Shown here: one piece after another, positions 9,375 through 20,074 of the stretch | Layout: each line of letters starts with the position of its first letter | Numbering within the stretch: the stretch's first letter is position 1 | Origin: an uncultured Thermoplasmata archaeon | Lineage (GTDB): Archaea; Thermoplasmatota; Thermoplasmata; UBA10834 | NCBI GenBank assembly: GCA_963719945.1 | Contig: CAVRDX010000001.1 | Location: forward strand, 205,087-269,086 | Length of the DNA stretch: 64,000 nucleotides | Reading direction: 5' to 3' | The notes under the pieces: generated by a model | The model's input: the letters and a program-made list of their open reading frames with translations, nothing else | Told to the model about the DNA's origin: nothing | The model's database searches: none | Program-made: the position numbers and the translations under genes

Positions 9375-10841
9375 TTAAGATCTCTCTTCGGGGAGCGTTT
9401 CCTCCGTCTTTTCGACGCTCGCTGATTCTGGATTCTTCGCCTTCTTTATCGAACCCGGGATCAAAATGTTCATGAACTTCTCGAAGTACATCTTCTCACT
9501 GGCTACTCCCTCTCGTTCCGTCTCAAGATTGGCCATAGCACTTATCGATTCCGAACCAAGGCCAAACGACTCCATCCTGAGCTTATCCAGGTCATTTGAA
9601 AGCACTCTCTCATGTTCCTCTAATTTGACCCCTATTCGCTCCATCGCTATGCTCCTGAGCATATTCTCGAGGAAGTTGATCTGCTCCTCCTTGGTCCTCA
9701 TGGATTGGAGCATCTTTGCTGCCTCCTCCCTGAAGTCGAGCCTCGCGCTTGCGTGCTCTTCGTCCGTCTTGGACGCCCATAGCAGCGGGTGTTCCGGGGA
9801 GTTGAAAGTCACCTTCTCAGGCATTAGCGAATCGACCGATATCTTCGTCGCAGCATCTCCTGATGAGTGATAGATAGCGTAGAAGCTCATCCTTTCCAGG
9901 AAGTTGACCTCAAGGAACTCCTTCCTGTTCTTCTCGACAATCGTGGGGTTCTGCTTCTGTAGCTCCTCCAGAACCATAACTGGCGTCGCATTCGGCTTAA
10001 CGGTGTCGGTGAAGTATCTTGACGCACCCATTATGCACTTGAGTGGTTCATAGGATCGTGTCATCCAGAATGACGGCGGAAAGTTTGTCCATGATTTCCT
10101 CTTGCTAGGCTCGTCCTCCTTCTTTACCTTCAACTTAGAGAACGAGAATGTCGAGAATTGGTACCTTATCTTGCCATCTATGGTCTCTAGCACCCCTGAT
10201 GGAATACCCTCCTTCGCGACAATCCTATCTGCCCAGAACCCCAGGTCAGTTCGAAGCTTCGGACGAGTCACTGCCCCCTGCTGGTTGATGTAGTTGAGTA
10301 TTTTCCTCCTCGTAGGGGTTATCAACCAACTCATCCAAAGTGTGAATGATTTGGGCGAGTCGATGTAAGGGACAGGCAGGATCGTATGGTCGGCAGCCGT
10401 GCCCCATGCTGGCAACACCGCATGGCCTGGAGTATGGGTCACTGTCCGATCCAGGTGTGCTGTGAGCGCGACGCTTTCTTCGTCATCTACATTCTCCCTT
10501 ATCGGGGCAGGGTCTATCTTGAGATCCGAGTTGAGGAAGTAGTAATTCTGGCGCTTCGAAGTGATTGGTATCAATACTCCGCAGTTCACGCCTTTGGCGA
10601 GCAGAGTCCTCATCTGCACATTGGATTTGTCCTTCAGCGACCGGGTCTGAGCGCTGAGCGATATCCTCCTCATAGAATCGGTGAGCGGACTCCTCTCGAT
10701 CTCTCTGCGCGTGAGCGGCTGCTTGTGCAGCAGAGTGTAAACTACCGCTCTCGATACATTGTTCGTGAGGAACTCCCCGATTTCTTCCGTCTTGTCTTTA
10801 GAAATTGGCGTTATTTGCGGTGGCATCCCATCCTCCCTCAT
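9375..10841 (-). CDS. Hypothetical 488-aa protein with an N-terminal winged-helix-like segment
   Basis: Long ORF with good coding character. An N-terminal wHTH-like stretch (VVYTLLHKQPLTRREIER) is present. No other motif was recognised. Confidence 0.4.
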   Translation of the reverse strand: MREDGMPPQITPISKDKTEEIGEFLTNNVSRAVVYTLLHKQPLTRREIERSPLTDSMRRISLSAQTRSLKDKSNVQMRTLLAKGVNCGVLIPITSKRQNYYFLNSDLKIDPAPIRENVDDEESVALTAHLDRTVTHTPGHAVLPAWGTAADHTILPVPYIDSPKSFTLWMSWLITPTRRKILNYINQQGAVTRPKLRTDLGFWADRIVAKEGIPSGVLETIDGKIRYQFSTFSFSKLKVKKEDEPSKRKSWTNFPPSFWMTRSYEPLKCIMGASRYFTDTVKPNATPVMVLEELQKQNPTIVEKNRKEFLEVNFLERMSFYAIYHSSGDAATKISVDSLMPEKVTFNSPEHPLLWASKTDEEHASARLDFREEAAKMLQSMRTKEEQINFLENMLRSIAMERIGVKLEEHERVLSNDLDKLRMESFGLGSESISAMANLETEREGVASEKMYFEKFMNILIPGSIKKAKNPESASVEKTEETLPEERS

Positions 10842-10978
10842 CTGCCCTTTTTACTTCAAATCTGTTTATAATTACTTATAACTATGCTCAGAAAAGCTCC
10901 GAGACATAGGTGCTGATGCATGATTGGTGTGCGAATGGCTGTCCGTGGAAGAGTATTTTACGGATTCTCACCTTCTAG

Positions 10979-11458
10979 ATGTGTGAGGGGATATGTTTGG
11001 TGGGCATGGCGGAAGTAGAGAGCGCAGTCGCTCGAGCTAAAGAGTTGATGTCTGCAAACGGACAGGAATGCAGCGCGACCGCGAGTGATGTTGCACGATA
11101 CTTCGAAGTCTACCCTTATGAAGCTGACATGACCCTGGACATGATTATCAAGTTCCCACTCCTTGTGGTACATGAACTGGCCGAGATCGAAGAGCTTAAG
11201 AAATCCGGCATCAGACTCGACAGAGATTCCATTCTCAATAATCCTATCAAGGTTGAGGAAGCTCATTACAAGGCAGCGACCCTGGAGCTGAATATGGCCT
11301 ATTCTCTGAGGGACTGCAATCACGTCAAGATGAGGCTTGGGGTCATTCGCTCATGGCTTCTCGACGATCGGATCGATAATGGTTACAAAGCGCTCTATGC
11401 TGAGCTATATGCCCGAGTGATATCGATATTGGATGAGCTGACAGGTCCGAATCTATGA
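10979..11458 (+). CDS. Hypothetical protein
   Basis: 159-aa ORF in an otherwise ORF-free slot. No recognisable motif. The start may be at the internal MAEVESAV. Confidence 0.3.
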   Translation: MCEGICLVGMAEVESAVARAKELMSANGQECSATASDVARYFEVYPYEADMTLDMIIKFPLLVVHELAEIEELKKSGIRLDRDSILNNPIKVEEAHYKAATLELNMAYSLRDCNHVKMRLGVIRSWLLDDRIDNGYKALYAELYARVISILDELTGPNL

Positions 11459-11499
11459 TTGGGAATCAGAGTCTCCTGTTCATTGTTCGGGGATATCGG

Positions 11500-12618
11500 C
11501 TACTGGTTCTTCAGCCTGCTAATGATGGCCTCTCCCATGGCAGTGGTCGACATCTTGCCACCCACATCCGCGGTCCTGTGTTTTCCATCGCCCAAGACAC
11601 TCATGACAGCTGATTCCGTCTCATGAGCAGCATCCTTGTACCCCAGAGTATCCAACATCAGGGCCGATGAGAGGATTGCTCCGACTGGGTTGGCGAGGCC
11701 TTTTCCCGCGATATCTGGAGCTGAACCGTGGACAGGCTCGAACATGCTCACACCGCTCGGGTTGATGTTCCCCGATGGCGCAAACCCTAGTCCTCCCTGC
11801 AGAGCTGCTCCCAGATCCGTGAGGATGTCTCCGAACAGGTTGGGTGTGACAAGGACCTTGAATCTCTCAGGGTTCCTCACCATGTGAAGTGCAACCGCAT
11901 CGACATACTGGAACTCCTTCTCAATCCCGTAGATGTTCGATGCTTTCTCCACCTCTTCTCTCCAGAGCCCGTAGACCTCTGTGAGGACATTCGCCTTGTC
12001 GACGGAGGTCACGAGGTCGAGACCTTTCTTCTTCGCGAAATCGAACGCGTAGTCGATCACGCGCCTCGCACCTTGCCTGGTGATGATCCCTATCTGATAT
12101 GCCATCTCGTCTGCATCCTTGAGGTCGATTCCTATGTCGAACTTGACCTCATAGGCCTTTCTGATGAGATTGAGCTGCTCTCTCGAAGATCCCGTCTTGA
12201 CCCGGCTGCCCAGACCGACATAGAAATCCTCGGTGTTCTCCCGGATGAAGTACATGTCTATCCTCTTATCTCCAGCCAATGCGGTAGGCACTCCCTGGAA
12301 CAGCTTCACCGGTCTGAGGTTGACATACTGGTCGAAATGGAATCTGAGTCTGAGCAGAATGCCTTTCTCAAGCACACCTGGTTTTACTCGAGGGTCACCC
12401 ATCGCGCCAAGCAGGATGGACTCCTTCTCCTCCAATCTGGATATGGTTTCGTCTGAGAGCACCTCTCCAGTCTTCAGGTAGTGCGCCGCCCCCAAAGGGA
12501 ACTCTTCGAAATCGAGCTGGATGCCATTTCTTTCGCAGACGACATCCAAGACCTTGCGCGCTTCCCTGACTACCTCTGGTCCTATCCCATCTCCTGGAAT
12601 CACTCCGATCTTGTGCAA
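11500..12618 (-). CDS. leuB: 3-isopropylmalate dehydrogenase
   Basis: 372 aa. The N-terminus IGVIPGDGIGPEV and the overall sequence are those of the isocitrate/isopropylmalate dehydrogenase family. It is clustered with leuD, leuC and leuA. Confidence 0.85.
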   Translation of the reverse strand: MHKIGVIPGDGIGPEVVREARKVLDVVCERNGIQLDFEEFPLGAAHYLKTGEVLSDETISRLEEKESILLGAMGDPRVKPGVLEKGILLRLRFHFDQYVNLRPVKLFQGVPTALAGDKRIDMYFIRENTEDFYVGLGSRVKTGSSREQLNLIRKAYEVKFDIGIDLKDADEMAYQIGIITRQGARRVIDYAFDFAKKKGLDLVTSVDKANVLTEVYGLWREEVEKASNIYGIEKEFQYVDAVALHMVRNPERFKVLVTPNLFGDILTDLGAALQGGLGFAPSGNINPSGVSMFEPVHGSAPDIAGKGLANPVGAILSSALMLDTLGYKDAAHETESAVMSVLGDGKHRTADVGGKMSTTAMGEAIISRLKNQ

Positions 12619-13103
12619 CCCAATCTCTCCTTGGTGTAGGGTACTAGACCCCCTTTCTCCATAAGCATCATCACGAAAGGCGGATAGCTGGCGAATGTGG
12701 TCTCCTTTCCGGAGCTGTGGTTCCTGGCGACACCCTTTGATAAATCCACCTCGACGTCATCTCCCTGGTCGACCTCCAGCTTCGCCTCGATGACTGGTAA
12801 CCCTATGTTGATCGCGTTTCTGAAGAATATCCTGGCAAATGATTCTGCGACGACGCAGGACACCCCTGCCCCTATCAATGCTCTGGGGGCATGCTCTCGA
12901 CTCGAACCGCACCCGAAGTTCCTTCCGGCCACTATCACATCGCCTTCCTTCACGTTGGCGGAGAATTCCGGCATGACCTTCACGAATGCGTACTTGGCAA
13001 GCTCAGCGCTGTTCATCGTGACGAGATACTCGGCGGGTATGATCTGATCAGTATCTACATTGTCCCCGAACACCCATGCCTTCCCGGCGAAATGCGATTT
13101 CAT
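12600..13103 (-). CDS. leuD: 3-isopropylmalate dehydratase small subunit
   Basis: 167-aa aconitase swivel-domain protein (GDNVDTDQIIP motif). Overlaps leuB/leuC boundaries. Confidence 0.85.
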   Translation of the reverse strand: MKSHFAGKAWVFGDNVDTDQIIPAEYLVTMNSAELAKYAFVKVMPEFSANVKEGDVIVAGRNFGCGSSREHAPRALIGAGVSCVVAESFARIFFRNAINIGLPVIEAKLEVDQGDDVEVDLSKGVARNHSSGKETTFASYPPFVMMLMEKGGLVPYTKERLGCTRSE

Positions 13104-14410
13104 CCAGTCACCTCAGATGGGTCGACTATTCTCCCAGCAACTGCGCTCGCCGCGACGACTGCGGGACCCGCAAGGTAGACCTCAGATTCTTTGTGCCCCA
13201 TTCTGCCAACGAAGTTCCTGTTCGTCGTGCTGACGCATCTTTCCCCTGGAGCGAGCACACCCATGTAGCCTCCGAGACATGCACCGCATGTCGGGCCGGA
13301 TATGAACGCACCCGCATCGGAGAATATCTTGAACAGCCCTTCTTCCATCGCCTTGTCGAAGACTTCCTTGCTCGCAGGCACTACGATCATCCTGACTCCT
13401 TCGTGTACCTTCTTCCCTTTCAGTATCGCGGCCGCGACTCTGAGATCCTCTATCCTTCCGTTCGTACATGATCCCAGATACGCCTGGTCAATGGCAACTC
13501 CGACCTCGCTCGCAGGTGCCACATTGCTGGGCAGGAACGGTTTCGCGACCACTGGGACGATGTCTTTCGCATCGTACTTCCTGATATCCGAATACTCGGC
13601 ATCCTTGTCCGCGAAGACCTTTTCATAACTGCCTCTGACACGGCCCTTCAGATAGTCATCCACCTTCGCGTCAGGTGGTATCATGCATGCCTTTGCTCCC
13701 GCTTCTATGCCCATGTTGGATATCGTGACCCTTTCAGAGACGGGCAATGCGAAGATAGTGTCACCGACGACTTCCATCGATTGATAGAGTGCGCCTTCGA
13801 CCCCGATGTCTCCTATGATTGTGAGTATTATGTCCTTTCCAGACACATGCTTTCCAAGCTGTCCGTCTACTTCGAACTTCATCGATTCTGGCACTTTGAA
13901 CCATAGGGCGCCTCTCGCGAACACCGTTGCGGCCTCAGTGCTTCCGATCCCTGTGGCGAATGCGCCCATCGCTCCGTATGAGCACGTATGCGAATCGGCT
14001 CCGACTATCAGCCTTCCAGGTGCAACGAACCCCTTCTCGATCATCAGTTGGTGGCAGACGCCGCTGGACCCTATTTCGAAGTAGTTGCGTATCTTGTACT
14101 TGGATGCGAAATCCCTCATCTTCTTCGCCTGGATCGCAGATGCCACGTCCTTGTTCGGAACGTAGTGGTCCGGGATCAGAACCATCTTCTTCTCCAGCGG
14201 GGGTGTGCAGAACCCCTCGAACTCATCGAACGCAGCTGGAGCCGTGATGTCATTCACCATCACATAGTCGACCTCTGCTTCGATGATCTCTCCTGCGCGG
14301 ACGTCCTTTTGAGCCTTCGTTGACAATATCTTCTCAGCTATGGTCTTTCCCAATGCCACGCACCCCTCTTCAGTATGCCTTCCTCTTGACTTTTCCGCCG
14401 TTTGCGCCAA
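13100..14410 (-). CDS. leuC: 3-isopropylmalate dehydratase large subunit
   Basis: 436-aa aconitase-family catalytic domain carrying the Fe-S ligand cysteines (GSCTNGR, CGAC). Confidence 0.85.
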   Translation of the reverse strand: MAQTAEKSRGRHTEEGCVALGKTIAEKILSTKAQKDVRAGEIIEAEVDYVMVNDITAPAAFDEFEGFCTPPLEKKMVLIPDHYVPNKDVASAIQAKKMRDFASKYKIRNYFEIGSSGVCHQLMIEKGFVAPGRLIVGADSHTCSYGAMGAFATGIGSTEAATVFARGALWFKVPESMKFEVDGQLGKHVSGKDIILTIIGDIGVEGALYQSMEVVGDTIFALPVSERVTISNMGIEAGAKACMIPPDAKVDDYLKGRVRGSYEKVFADKDAEYSDIRKYDAKDIVPVVAKPFLPSNVAPASEVGVAIDQAYLGSCTNGRIEDLRVAAAILKGKKVHEGVRMIVVPASKEVFDKAMEEGLFKIFSDAGAFISGPTCGACLGGYMGVLAPGERCVSTTNRNFVGRMGHKESEVYLAGPAVVAASAVAGRIVDPSEVTG

Positions 14411-16025
14411 GCTTGTGCATCCAGAGCCTGTTCAATGCTTCCACGGTGGCGTCAACGCTCGTCGTCACTATGTCCGAACCGACGCTCTTTCCGAGTGCGA
14501 GGAGTTGAGAATCCTCACAGTCTCCGAGCTTCACAGTGACCTCACAGAGTGCGTTAGACCCGCCAGTTATCGCTTCGAGCCTATATTGCTTCAGCACGAT
14601 GTTCTTCGATACAGCTGTCCTTATCGCGCTCAGGCTCGCATCTATCGGGCCAACGCCGGTCTCCGAAGCCCGCCTGACCTCTCCATCTATGTTGAGGACG
14701 ACCGTGGCCGTGGGTGTGAAGTTCAGTCCCGTGAAGACTGTGAATTCCTCGAGCCTTATCACAGGCTCCTTCTCCTCACTTATCTCGTCATAGGCGACTG
14801 CGAGCAATTCCGCATCATCCAGCTTCTTCCCGGACTCTGCGTACTTCTTTATCCTCGCGACCACTTCTTTGAGCTGGTCTCCGGTGAGGTCGAGTCCATA
14901 TTCCTTCAGTTTGTTCTGGACCGCGTGGACTCCGGAGTGCTTGCCGACTACGAACACCCTCTCCTTGCCGACGATCTCAGGTCTCATTGGCTCGTATGTT
15001 GAGCACTCGCTAAGCACCCCGTGAACATGTATTCCCGCTTCGTGTGAGAATGCGTTCTCGCCGACGATGGCCTTGTTCGGTTGGACAGGTATCGCAGTGA
15101 GCTGTGACACCAGTCTCGACACGAAAGCCATCTTCCTGGTGTTGATCCGGGTCTTTATCCCGTAGAACGCCTGAAGTCCCATCACGACCTCCTCGAGGGC
15201 TGCGTTTCCAGCACGCTCTCCAAGGCCGTTTATCGTACAGTGGACCTCCTCCGCACCCCCGAGTATGCCCGCCAGGGAGTTGGCGACTGAGAGTCCGAAA
15301 TCATCATGGCAGTGCACTGCGAGAGGTACCTTAGTCGTCTTCTTGATCTCAGCGACGAACTGCATCATCGCTTGCGGAGTCATGACTCCGACGGTATCTG
15401 GGATGTCGATCCTGTCGACGCCTACCGCCTCGATCGCTTTGTGTACGGTGTTGAGGAATTCGAGGTCTGTCCGCGTGCCATCCTCGCAGCTGAATTCGAC
15501 TATGAACCCGTGGTCTTTTCCATATTGGACTGCGGTCACAGCCTTTTCAACGGCCTCCTCCCTGGATATCTTGAGCTTCTTCTCCAGGTGCACCTTGGAG
15601 GTCGCAAGGAAAATATGGATAGAATCGACATCACACGCCAATGCGGCATCTATGTCCGGCTTGCCCGCGCGACAGAGTCCGCAGATCTCGCTCTTGAGTC
15701 CCGCCGCTGCGATCTTCTTCACAGCCTCGGCTTCGCCCTCTGAGTTGACTGGGAAGCCGGCTTCGATTATGTCCACTCCCAGTTCATCCAAGGCCTGTGC
15801 GATCTTGAGCTTGTCGTCGATTGATAGCGCCACATTGGGCGTCTGCTCGCCATCTCTCAGGGTAGTGTCCAGAATCTTCACAGTCTCGGGCATCCTGGTT
15901 GCCTGAAAGATCTGCTTATTGTATTCACTGACGAAGACCCCTTTGTCTGGGACCTTGAACACGCCGACTTCTTCTTGTTTAGCACTCTCACTCGGAGCTT
16001 GTGTGGGCATCAAAACACTCTCCAA
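14370..16025 (-). CDS. leuA: 2-isopropylmalate synthase / citramalate synthase family (LeuA/CimA)
   Basis: 551-aa ORF with the LDTTLRDGEQ HMGL-like TIM-barrel motif, His ligands and a C-terminal LeuA dimerisation/regulatory domain. The likely true start is the internal MPETVKIL at about 15893, giving ~507 aa. Confidence 0.8.
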   Translation of the reverse strand: MESVLMPTQAPSESAKQEEVGVFKVPDKGVFVSEYNKQIFQATRMPETVKILDTTLRDGEQTPNVALSIDDKLKIAQALDELGVDIIEAGFPVNSEGEAEAVKKIAAAGLKSEICGLCRAGKPDIDAALACDVDSIHIFLATSKVHLEKKLKISREEAVEKAVTAVQYGKDHGFIVEFSCEDGTRTDLEFLNTVHKAIEAVGVDRIDIPDTVGVMTPQAMMQFVAEIKKTTKVPLAVHCHDDFGLSVANSLAGILGGAEEVHCTINGLGERAGNAALEEVVMGLQAFYGIKTRINTRKMAFVSRLVSQLTAIPVQPNKAIVGENAFSHEAGIHVHGVLSECSTYEPMRPEIVGKERVFVVGKHSGVHAVQNKLKEYGLDLTGDQLKEVVARIKKYAESGKKLDDAELLAVAYDEISEEKEPVIRLEEFTVFTGLNFTPTATVVLNIDGEVRRASETGVGPIDASLSAIRTAVSKNIVLKQYRLEAITGGSNALCEVTVKLGDCEDSQLLALGKSVGSDIVTTSVDATVEALNRLWMHKLGANGGKVKRKAY

Positions 16026-16286
16026 AAAATCCTACACTGCAGCATCTAGGCTAGGATAAGCAGCCCCAAGGGCAGAATAAGCTGAATCTTATTCTCTTGT
16101 GCCATTCCTTGCCTCCATGTCATAGTGGGGTCACACCCTTCTTGGGCATGACAATCATCTGCATGGTCTCGATTGATATAAACTTTTGCTGGCTCAATGC
16201 TGGCCAATCATGTTCGGTTGCTGGACACATCTGTACAATGCATGGCTGGCCATACGCATCCTACTTTGGAAGGATAGAAATATGAT

Positions 16287-17135
16287 GTGATTTGTACGAG
16301 GCTGGTGGTATTCGTGAAGGATAAGGTCGTCGCATTCCAGGGTGAACAGGGAGCCTATTCCGAAGACGCCTGTGTCAAGTACTTCGGAGCCGATGTCACC
16401 GCTAGACCCTATCCAGATTTTCAATCCGTCTTCGAGGCGGTCGAACGGGATGAGGTCACACATGCGGTCGTTCCTGTCGAGAACTCGATAGAAGGGAGCG
16501 TCACGCAGGTCAACGACCTCCTGCTGGACCACGACTTGGGGATATCCGGTGAGGTGATAGTCCCTGTCAAGCATTGCCTCATGGTTGCCAAGGGAGCTTC
16601 TGAGGAAACAATCCGAGAAGTACTCAGTCATCCACAGGCTCTGGGACAATGCAGAAAATTCCTTCAAAGGCATAATGCTTGGCGGACGATAGCATCCTAC
16701 GATACCGCCGGCAGCGCGAAGATCGTTGCCGAATCAAAGCGTCTGGACCTTGCAGCGATCGCCAGCAAGAGGGCCGCGTCGCTATACGGTCTGGAGATCC
16801 TCAGGGAGGACATCCAGAACGAGGATACCAATGTCACGAGGTTCTTTGTGATGGAGAAGAACCCAGGTACGGTCGAGAGCGCCGACAAGACTTCGATAGT
16901 CTTCGCCACGAAGAACGCTCCAGGCGCGTTGTACAAATGCCTCGGAGAGTTCGCTTCCAGAGGGGTCAATCTATCCAAGTTGGAGTCCAGACCGAGGAGG
17001 AACAAGCCTTGGGTGTACGTTTTCTTCGCAGACATCGAGGGCGGAGTGGAGGATCCAGACTGCCACGCTGCCATAGGTGGGCTGCTCAAGACCGGTGCAT
17101 TTGTTAAAGTCCTCGGCTCGTACAAGAAAGCCTGA
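16287..17135 (+). CDS. pheA: Prephenate dehydratase with C-terminal ACT domain
   Basis: 282 aa. It has the PDT domain (AFQGEQGAYSE..., the TRF motif region) and a C-terminal ACT domain. It is divergent from leuA. Confidence 0.85.
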   Translation: MICTRLVVFVKDKVVAFQGEQGAYSEDACVKYFGADVTARPYPDFQSVFEAVERDEVTHAVVPVENSIEGSVTQVNDLLLDHDLGISGEVIVPVKHCLMVAKGASEETIREVLSHPQALGQCRKFLQRHNAWRTIASYDTAGSAKIVAESKRLDLAAIASKRAASLYGLEILREDIQNEDTNVTRFFVMEKNPGTVESADKTSIVFATKNAPGALYKCLGEFASRGVNLSKLESRPRRNKPWVYVFFADIEGGVEDPDCHAAIGGLLKTGAFVKVLGSYKKA

Positions 17136-17216
17136 CATCTGCTTTCGAATGTGATAAAACAAGAAAATGGGTTTTTCAAAGGGTTTCTCGAAGACAGCCT
17201 ATTTCACGTGAGTCAC

Positions 17217-18437
17217 TCACTTATCTAGGCCCCATGTCCGCCCTTCCCAGCTGGAGAATGACAGGACGAATTCGTACCAGCCCGAGTCCTGTGCGAATGG
17301 TACGTCCACATAGTCGTCTTTGATGCTGTGCATACCGTCGTTCGTGGACGGGGCATAGATGGCAATGCCATAGGACTTGTAGTTATGGATGCTGTTGTAG
17401 ATTGCGAACACACCGCCTTCAACGGCATCTATGACTCTCTCAGCTGCATCCTTCAACTCATCGTTGTCGATGTAGTCATCCGCGAGCAAGTTCTTGGCGA
17501 ACCCCTTAAGATCGACGTTGTATGGGTAATAGTACTCCTGTGCACAGATCAAGTCCTGCTGGATATTGTTCATGTATGCTCTGAGAGACTCAAGCAATTC
17601 TGCTCCCAGGTCTTCTACTGCATCGAAGAGGTCGTCCATGTACTCCATGTCCCAGGCACTCATCGTCCAGTCGACATATCCTGACGTGGATGAGTAGTAT
17701 TCTCCATAGTCTTTGACGATGACTTTTGATAGTTCTTTCCCGTCCATATCGGCATCTGCAACAAGGTCCCTGGCGATGGCGTCATATGGGAAGCCAGCTC
17801 CGGGCACTGTCTCCTCGCTGAAGACCACGTAATCTGCGCAGTCCATGACCTGATATGCGACTTCGGGCATGGCCATCAGGCACAGGTCGAAGCCAACCAC
17901 ATCGAGCACGATGCCAGTTTCTTCCTTGGCGCCCATGAGGGCGTCTCTCAACTCGACCATCGTGATGCATTCATCATTTCCAGTCAATGCTTCAGTGGTA
18001 TCGTCCCAGCACAATCCGCGCCATCCGCCACCGTGATCCCAGAGTATGAGTGCGTACCTGTCAGCTGGGTAGTCTGTGCAGGTGTTCACGATGAACTCCT
18101 CGAGGACCGCCGGGTCTGACATGTCGACTTCCTTCGGGTATCCGTATTCATCGCCGATTGAATAATCAGAATCTCCCTCATTCACATACAGAAGGTTCGC
18201 ATCTCCGCTTAGTGGGTCCATGAGAACCACAAAGTTGACATTCTCATCGGAACCAACGGTCTCTAGCCATTCAATGTTCAAATCGCCGAATGTCTCCAGG
18301 CTGTTGTCGGCGTCAAGATAGACCATGAAGGTCCATTCTGCGCCTTCATCTCCGGCCGACATCGTGGCTGGGACAACCATCACCGCTAGCATAGCGACTG
18401 CCGCTAGCGCGACAAGTCTTCTACTCAATTCCCTCAC
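17217..18437 (-). CDS. Clostripain-family (C11) cysteine peptidase, secreted
   Basis: 406 aa with an N-terminal signal/TM helix. The catalytic His context ILWDHGGGW and catalytic Cys context GFDLCLMA match peptidase family C11. Confidence 0.75.
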   Translation of the reverse strand: MRELSRRLVALAAVAMLAVMVVPATMSAGDEGAEWTFMVYLDADNSLETFGDLNIEWLETVGSDENVNFVVLMDPLSGDANLLYVNEGDSDYSIGDEYGYPKEVDMSDPAVLEEFIVNTCTDYPADRYALILWDHGGGWRGLCWDDTTEALTGNDECITMVELRDALMGAKEETGIVLDVVGFDLCLMAMPEVAYQVMDCADYVVFSEETVPGAGFPYDAIARDLVADADMDGKELSKVIVKDYGEYYSSTSGYVDWTMSAWDMEYMDDLFDAVEDLGAELLESLRAYMNNIQQDLICAQEYYYPYNVDLKGFAKNLLADDYIDNDELKDAAERVIDAVEGGVFAIYNSIHNYKSYGIAIYAPSTNDGMHSIKDDYVDVPFAQDSGWYEFVLSFSSWEGRTWGLDK

Positions 18438-18599
18438 TGTTCTCTTCCCCCGTAGTATATTTAAAGAGGCTTATTTATCGACGGAACCTCAAGAGGTCCG
18501 AAGAGTCGTACTGACTATGCCCGATAAAATCGTCGAGCTATAAATCTCTTCTCAGCGTCCGATTCTTTAAAAATGTATTGTTTTGTACGCGCAGGACCT

Positions 18600-19946
18600 T
18601 CACGATGAAGTTACCTTGGACTGCTTCTTGAGCTCCTCGACGCCATCTTCTCCCTTGACTACCCTTCGATCCCTCTCGATCATGGCTAGCTCCTTATCAT
18701 CGAATGCCCTGGGGTTCAATGCAATCATCATCCTGGCTTTGGATATCCAAGTCGTCTCGTTGAGGGAGTCCAGGTACTTGAGCACCTTCTTGAACTCGTT
18801 GAATGTCATCAGATACTCAATCCCTTCGAGGAGTATGATGCTGTTCGGATTGCTCTCCATGAACCTGATAAGTGTATCCGTGAGCACCGCCAGGCTCGTG
18901 GGGGCAATCCTCCGCTCTCCAGCCGTCTCAGTCAGCCAGATTATCGGGGTCACCTGGATGTTGAACCTCTCCCTGATGTTCTCTGGAAATTCCCTCGTCA
19001 CTATGATCCCTCTGGGAATCAGGTATTCAAGCGTCGCTGATGCGGAATCTTCCTTTCCAGGGATATGGGCGTCAGGTCTGAGAGGCAGGGATATCAGTTC
19101 TGAGAACAGTCGCATGGCCGAACCAGACTCCTCGTCCTCGATGATGTATGGCCCTCGCGGAATGTCGTAAGCTCTGAACCCTGACTTCTTGGCGTTCTCC
19201 ACCTCTGGATCGACAATCAGAGCAGTGAACCGTGTCTGCGTTATGGATCCCAGTATGCCTGCGAAGAGCGCAACCATTACCCAGGAATACGGGTTCGGGC
19301 CATCGTATTCGATGAAATTGCCCAGAACGATGAACAGGGCGAACTGGGACGCTGGTATGGCTATCCACGCGAGTCCTATGCCCTTCATCACCCCTGCGAA
19401 TACCCTCGCGCCTTTGCCCTCGTCGAACGCCTCATCCTTTCGCGTCAAGGGAAGGAGGAAATCTATCACTATCGATGCGATGAGGTATGCGAACAATGCG
19501 GTGAGGAGGCCCACCTCGTCCTTTATCTGGGACCCGATCGGATCGATGACCCACGAGTAGACTATCACGACCAGGCCGATGAATCCCCAGGCAGTTATCA
19601 TGTTCACGGGGTGCTTCTTCATCATATCAGAGAACTGATCGATGCTGCTGAATGTCCTGTATCTCGAGTTCAACGCGACCAGGCAGACGGACAACCATAT
19701 CATGACCACCATGAAAGTCGCATATATCGCGATGTGCGACTGTTCGCCCCAGGTGCCCAACAGCTCCCTCAAGACCTCGAAGGTCCACAGCAGTGCGATG
19801 GATGCGATGAACAGTGTGAATATCCATCCGCGTATCACGGTGAAGAAATCTGAACCCAGCTTCCTGATGTGCACTGCTGAATACATCACAAGGAGAAGCC
19901 CCAGTACACTCGGTGCGATCTCGAAAGCAATCCTCTCCGCGTCCAT
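18600..19946 (-). CDS. Membrane protein with a C-terminal DUF835-like domain
   Basis: 448 aa. The N-terminal ~260 aa carries multiple predicted TM helices. The C-terminal ~170 aa is paralogous to the C-termini of the ORFs at 46907-47635 and 49913-51184, sharing the TREFP, IWLT, LTDT(I/L)IRF and LL(E/D)G(I/F)E(Y/S) motifs. Confidence 0.55.
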   Translation of the reverse strand: MDAERIAFEIAPSVLGLLLVMYSAVHIRKLGSDFFTVIRGWIFTLFIASIALLWTFEVLRELLGTWGEQSHIAIYATFMVVMIWLSVCLVALNSRYRTFSSIDQFSDMMKKHPVNMITAWGFIGLVVIVYSWVIDPIGSQIKDEVGLLTALFAYLIASIVIDFLLPLTRKDEAFDEGKGARVFAGVMKGIGLAWIAIPASQFALFIVLGNFIEYDGPNPYSWVMVALFAGILGSITQTRFTALIVDPEVENAKKSGFRAYDIPRGPYIIEDEESGSAMRLFSELISLPLRPDAHIPGKEDSASATLEYLIPRGIIVTREFPENIRERFNIQVTPIIWLTETAGERRIAPTSLAVLTDTLIRFMESNPNSIILLEGIEYLMTFNEFKKVLKYLDSLNETTWISKARMMIALNPRAFDDKELAMIERDRRVVKGEDGVEELKKQSKVTSS

Positions 19947-20074
19947 CGACGAATCCTCCTGTTCCCGATCCTGGCTCGTTCAGGCCGACCGTCTGTGACC
20001 TAGACTGGTTTCGGCCGTCCCACCCAATGAGGTATCTATGGTATTATGATTATTGGCTCGTTGGACCGATGCCA

